In this document: positions 59,461 through 64,000 of the stretch, piece by piece | Layout of the letters: every line of letters starts with the position of its first letter | How positions within the stretch are numbered: the first letter of the stretch is position 1 | Assembly: GCA_965230295.1 (NCBI GenBank) | Contig: OZ246001.1 | Coordinates: forward strand, 1,312,001 to 1,376,000 | Reading direction: 5' to 3' | DNA from: Marinicella sp. | GTDB taxonomy: Bacteria > Pseudomonadota > Gammaproteobacteria > Xanthomonadales > Marinicellaceae | Length of the DNA: 64,000 nt | Translations under genes and position numbers: made by a program | Notes under the pieces: generated by a model | What the model saw: the letters and a program-made list of their open reading frames with translations, nothing else | Told to the model about the DNA's origin: nothing | Database searches by the model: none

Positions 59461-60825
59461 ATGACCAAAGGATGGTTGATAAAAACAGCATTGATTTTAT
59501 TAACAGGTCTTTTGATAAGCCATGTATTCTCTTTATGGCCTGAAAGAAAACCAATCGAAGATCGGAGTCAACATAACCTTACCGTCAGCCAGCCTAATTT
59601 AGTTACCTTTCAGAATCCAACATCACGCCGCAAAACCAAACCTGAATCCATTCAACCAAAACAACTGGACTCAGTCGAGTCAGAACCGGTTTCAAACATT
59701 GACACCAATCAATCGACAGAAAACACCCAAGCTTTAAGTTTCCTTGCTGTTTACCGCATGTATCGACAGTGGCGAACATGTCGTGATTTTCATGACATCA
59801 TCAATGACACAGTGGTCTATGATGCCCGCAGTGAACTCGAAAACAGAGCAAGGCGCATCAACAACAAAGCCAACAACGCCCCATCAGAAGTACAAATTGC
59901 TGCCTTACACAACCATGCCATCATGTGTGTTCACATCTTTCAACAAGCCCAAAAAATGGACCTGCCAGATGCAGGGTTGAAGCCTGGTTCATCTTTATCT
60001 GAACCCCACTTAACCAGTAAGCGATTTTTACGTCATTTGCGCCAGTTGAAACCACAAAATGAACAAGAACAGGCCATAGCCAACGTTTTGCAGCTGACCC
60101 ATCAATGGAACGAAGCCTTCAAAACAGTGTTACAAGTGTTGGCCGGGAATGACAGCCAAAACCCGGATTTGATCGCAGCGTTGAATCAAGAGATACAATC
60201 ATTGCGCACAGAACAATTTAAATTGCTCCGACTGCAACAAGGCACCGATAAAAAGGATGAACCCAACGAAGAACTTTTCAAGCTTTTCTTGCAAATTGAG
60301 CAGAAAGAAAAAGAAATGCAGAAACTGTTGGTGGTGGATGAAACACAATTGAAATCTGCTTTGAGTGAATTTTCTGCAAGCAACAACACCTTGTATGATC
60401 AACTGACATCAAATAATCCGGATGTGTTTTACGAAGCACACACCACACTTGAGCGCAGCAGGAACTTGACTGATCTTGGCTTAAATATGCATAAAGAAAA
60501 CGAACTGAGAGAAACGAAAAGACTATTCGTGGAATACGTGCCACCTGAAGATATCTTGCTGCAATCCATGGAGTTCAACGAACCGATATGGCTGCGCTCT
60601 TTAATTCCGTATGCCACCCAATTATACACTTGTGAACTGGGCGCCGATTGTGGCCCTGACAGCGAGTGGATCAAGCACCACTGTTTCAATGGTTTCATGA
60701 CCTTGAATCCAAAAAGTTGTGATTCAGACCTGCAAACCTATTACCAGCAGCACCTGCTCAGTCCCAACCAGTGGCAAGATGTGCAATTGATATTGATGGC
60801 CATCAGGAATCTGTATGAAACTTAA
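59461..60825 (+). CDS. Membrane-anchored hypothetical protein, array type A1
   Basis: N-terminal TM, coiled coil, YATQLYTCELGADCGPDS motif. Confidence 0.85.
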   Translation: MTKGWLIKTALILLTGLLISHVFSLWPERKPIEDRSQHNLTVSQPNLVTFQNPTSRRKTKPESIQPKQLDSVESEPVSNIDTNQSTENTQALSFLAVYRMYRQWRTCRDFHDIINDTVVYDARSELENRARRINNKANNAPSEVQIAALHNHAIMCVHIFQQAQKMDLPDAGLKPGSSLSEPHLTSKRFLRHLRQLKPQNEQEQAIANVLQLTHQWNEAFKTVLQVLAGNDSQNPDLIAALNQEIQSLRTEQFKLLRLQQGTDKKDEPNEELFKLFLQIEQKEKEMQKLLVVDETQLKSALSEFSASNNTLYDQLTSNNPDVFYEAHTTLERSRNLTDLGLNMHKENELRETKRLFVEYVPPEDILLQSMEFNEPIWLRSLIPYATQLYTCELGADCGPDSEWIKHHCFNGFMTLNPKSCDSDLQTYYQQHLLSPNQWQDVQLILMAIRNLYET

Positions 60826-61696
60826 ATTGACGATCCCGATAATGACTTTGTTTGGTCTCTGGCTGTTTTGGCTACTGCCAACCGACACTGAACTGTCACA
60901 ACAGCAGCAATCATCCACCCCCAATAAAATCAACCAACAAAAGGCTGAACCCACAACGCCAGAAAAGCCATCTACTACACAAGCTGTGCAGCTGGCCACT
61001 ACTGATAAGCAATTGGAAGCCATTCTTCAGGAGATACTTCCCATGCGCTTCAGCACTGATCCTTATATTGAATTGCATGCGTTAAGACAGGTGCTGTGGG
61101 CTTGTCATAAAGACTCTGAACCGATTGAATTGTTTAAAGTCTATGGTGAAATTCAGCAACCTCAACTCGATTGGCAAAAACGATTACAAGAAGTTTGTCT
61201 GAGTCATCGCCATCAGTATCCAACACTGCTCACTGAAATACCTGAACGCGAATGGCTCGCCAAAATAGAACCCCAAACATCTTTGGGGCACCGCATTAAA
61301 AACAAATCCAGGCTGTTGGACTCCAAAACCAGAAGGCAAGAAAATTTATATTTAATCAAAGCGGGAATCAACACCGAAAACAGTGCGCTGATCTTGAGAA
61401 ACAACCGAATGCTGGAGTACATCATGACCGACCCAACTGATTTTGCTCATGTGATCCAAAGTCAAGACTGGCGATATACCTACCAGGTGGTTGAACTGGC
61501 AACCACTTTGATAGCCTGTCGATATCAAAACGGCTTGGGCTGTGCGCCTGAGTCAGGTTTAATGATCGGCTATTGTGCACGCCGACCGGATTCATGTGGT
61601 TTCGATTTCATCACCTGGTTTCAAAACAATACGTTACCGGGCATGCAACTGGATGTAGAATTGATGCAGCAATATTTATTGGAATCCAATTCATGA
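60815..61696 (+). CDS. Membrane-anchored hypothetical protein, array type B1
   Basis: N-terminal TM; FSTDPYIEL; ACRYQNGLGC..C..CGFDF..TLPGMQ. Confidence 0.85.
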   Translation: MKLKLTIPIMTLFGLWLFWLLPTDTELSQQQQSSTPNKINQQKAEPTTPEKPSTTQAVQLATTDKQLEAILQEILPMRFSTDPYIELHALRQVLWACHKDSEPIELFKVYGEIQQPQLDWQKRLQEVCLSHRHQYPTLLTEIPEREWLAKIEPQTSLGHRIKNKSRLLDSKTRRQENLYLIKAGINTENSALILRNNRMLEYIMTDPTDFAHVIQSQDWRYTYQVVELATTLIACRYQNGLGCAPESGLMIGYCARRPDSCGFDFITWFQNNTLPGMQLDVELMQQYLLESNS

Positions 61697-63045
61697 AAAG
61701 CCTGCGGTCTTTTGTTTTCTTGTTGACAGTCATGATACTGCTATTGGCGCTATTTTGGTGGTCAGAAAGAAAGCAGGGTCAGCAACGGTCATTGAGCCAA
61801 CCCAATGTGGTATCCATGCAGACCGATGAGCCTGCCTCAACAGAAGAATCGGCATCCAATAAGCCAGCCACAACCCAACAAAGCGATGACACAATCAACG
61901 ATACAGCCATTGCCGAGCAGAACGAATCGACTCCTGAGAAAAAAGAACTCACTTATTTGGAGGTGTATCGGATGAATCGGCAGTTTGTTGCTTGCCAGGC
62001 TGAAATTTATCATTTAATCGAAGACCCCAATGACGACCCCATAAAAGTTTTACATAACAAACTGAATCGTTTAAGTGGTCAAAAACAAGTGCCATTAACG
62101 CCCACTCAACAGCAGATCAGCTCAGTAAACAAGCACCAGGAATCCTGCAGTCTGCTGTTAGAAACCATCAGAATCATGGATTTATCCCCTGAAATCACTG
62201 AGCAGGACAACAATGACAAGGCATTCAACCAAACCAAAGAACAACTGTATAACTTACTCAACGAAACCAAGCCAAAAACAACCAAAGAACAATCCATAGC
62301 AGCAGTGTTACAACTCAAAACACAGTGGCAAACACTGTTTAATGAAATCCTTGCCATATCAGAAGGTAGCGATCAAAAGAACAGTGATGCCATTGCTGAT
62401 TTGAACCGACAAGCCGGTCAATTAAAAACCACAATCAATCAACTTGTTGAAGAATTGAAACTGGCTACCGATACCGAATCATTGCAATTGGAATTGAATG
62501 AAGTTTCTAAGCAGTACGACCGGATTCAAGATGAAATAAAAGGTTTGTATTGGGTTGACACCGATGCACGAGATCAGTCCATTGCCCATTTCAATGTCAT
62601 CAATGATCAGCTTTTCAATCGTTTATCCAGTTTGGATCCAGATGTGTTTTACGAAACCCAAATGACTTTGGAAAAAAACGAGAACATCAAATATTTTGGT
62701 CATGCGCCCTATAAGGACATTGGTCTTTATGAGGCCAAAATGCCTTTTGTTGAATACGTTTCCCCAGGAGATGTGGTGATGCAAATATTGGACTTGCATG
62801 ATGATGAATTGTTTCGTTTGGTGATTCAATATGCCACCCAACTCTATCTTTGTGAATTGGGCGCCGACTGTGGGCCCGGCAGCACATGGATCAAGTACTA
62901 CTGTTTTCAGAGTTATAATGAAATTGACGCCAGGAGTTGTGATTTGGATTTGACCAGTTATTTACAAAACCACAGACTCAGCGAAAACCATTGGCAAGAT
63001 GTGATTTGGGTGCTTGAAACATTGCGAGGCCTGTATGGCCAATAA
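61693..63045 (+). CDS. Membrane-anchored hypothetical protein, array type A2
   Basis: Paralog of A1 (PDVFYE, FVEYV, YATQLYLCELGADCGPGS, WQDV); start set at ATG 61693. Confidence 0.85.
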   Translation: MKSLRSFVFLLTVMILLLALFWWSERKQGQQRSLSQPNVVSMQTDEPASTEESASNKPATTQQSDDTINDTAIAEQNESTPEKKELTYLEVYRMNRQFVACQAEIYHLIEDPNDDPIKVLHNKLNRLSGQKQVPLTPTQQQISSVNKHQESCSLLLETIRIMDLSPEITEQDNNDKAFNQTKEQLYNLLNETKPKTTKEQSIAAVLQLKTQWQTLFNEILAISEGSDQKNSDAIADLNRQAGQLKTTINQLVEELKLATDTESLQLELNEVSKQYDRIQDEIKGLYWVDTDARDQSIAHFNVINDQLFNRLSSLDPDVFYETQMTLEKNENIKYFGHAPYKDIGLYEAKMPFVEYVSPGDVVMQILDLHDDELFRLVIQYATQLYLCELGADCGPGSTWIKYYCFQSYNEIDARSCDLDLTSYLQNHRLSENHWQDVIWVLETLRGLYGQ

Positions 63046-63958
63046 AATCTGGGTGCTGTTGTTACTTGCCTCTATCGGCTTGTTGTTGTGGGTGACCCTG
63101 TGGCCGACATCAGTATTCGAGCCCAACCCAACGAACCACCTCGACAGTGACTTGAAACCGGTTTCAACACAGTCAGATGTTGTTGCAGACGTTTCTGAAA
63201 AAACAGCGCAAACCATTGCACCTGAAACCAAAAACACGCCATCTGATGGGGCTGAAAAACTCGATCCATGGCAACAAAAAGTTCTGCAAGAAATCGACTC
63301 ACGCCTGTTCAGCGACGACCCTTATGTCGAGCTGTATTCATTGGAGTTTCTCGTTGGTCAGTGCCGAGATCAAGACATAGTTGAGCGATTGTTTGTAGGT
63401 AAAGGCCCCTTTTATCAATCACAACAGCAACTGGCCAAGAAGCTTCAACAACAATGCGCTGAACTGAGAACACAATACCAGGAGTATTTGAGTTTCCCAG
63501 AACATGAACAATTGATCCAGGCTTTTGAGCCGAACAGTCGCATGGGTCGATTGTTGAAACAAGTGAACAACCCCAATTTAACCCCATTGGATCGCAGTGA
63601 ATTGTCATCATCGATTCTAAAACAAGCCATCAAAGAACGAAACAGTTCGAGCTTGATGTACTCGGTGTTCATTGCCCGCTTTGGTTCATTGACCACCTTA
63701 CCCCTGGCTGGGGTGATCAATTCAAATGATCAAGATTATATCAATCAAATGTCCAGCATGGCTTTGATGATGATGGCTTGCCAGTACCAAGGTGGCCGCA
63801 CCTGTGAAAGCACCTCTTTTTACATGATCATCATGTGTTCACAACAGCCCGCTGCCTGTGGGTTGGACTTTCCCAGTTGGTTCCAAAAAACCACTTTGCC
63901 AGGCATGCAACGGGATGTGGAAAAGTTGATGACTTTTTTCTCACAATACGGCCAATAA
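63035..63958 (+). CDS. Membrane-anchored hypothetical protein, array type B2
   Basis: Paralog of B1 (FSDDPYVEL, ACQYQGG..C..C..CGLDF..TLPGMQ); start set at ATG 63035. Confidence 0.85.
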   Translation: MANKIWVLLLLASIGLLLWVTLWPTSVFEPNPTNHLDSDLKPVSTQSDVVADVSEKTAQTIAPETKNTPSDGAEKLDPWQQKVLQEIDSRLFSDDPYVELYSLEFLVGQCRDQDIVERLFVGKGPFYQSQQQLAKKLQQQCAELRTQYQEYLSFPEHEQLIQAFEPNSRMGRLLKQVNNPNLTPLDRSELSSSILKQAIKERNSSSLMYSVFIARFGSLTTLPLAGVINSNDQDYINQMSSMALMMMACQYQGGRTCESTSFYMIIMCSQQPAACGLDFPSWFQKTTLPGMQRDVEKLMTFFSQYGQ

Positions 63959-64000
63959 CCTAAACAGCTCAATGACATCGACTCAAGTCGATGCTCCGGT

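Overview
A 64-kb, gene-dense chromosomal window from a bacterium that looks like a marine gammaproteobacterium (Xanthomonadales/Marinicella-like protein styles; this is an inference). No rRNA, tRNA, CRISPR array, integrase or transposase was recognised. Housekeeping content: end of hutI, a CNT nucleoside transporter, sat-cysC fusion, 5'-3' exonuclease, methionine gamma-lyase, an IorAB-like molybdoenzyme cluster, thrLABC with attenuator, an ATM1-type ABC exporter, hemXY, ggt and hemL. Most notable observations: (1) a divergent locus with well-spaced Pho boxes on both strands, pairing an ElpS-like secreted beta-helix protein with a complete DUF3450-TtpC-ExbB-ExbD-TonB-TPR-receptor operon; (2) a signal-peptide protein that appears to fuse the TolB N-terminal domain to a TolA C-terminal domain; (3) a 4x122-bp structured tandem array with A-B-B-A variants abutting the transporter promoter; (4) a TyrR-family regulator with TyrR boxes facing megL; (5) a PilR-like regulator with a degenerate AAA+ domain; (6) an A-B-A-B array of Cys-motif membrane-anchored paralogs; (7) six genes with a leaderless '-10 box, 6 nt, ATG' layout; (8) several families of REP-like palindromes. 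All family assignments come from motif recognition by eye, with no database searches.
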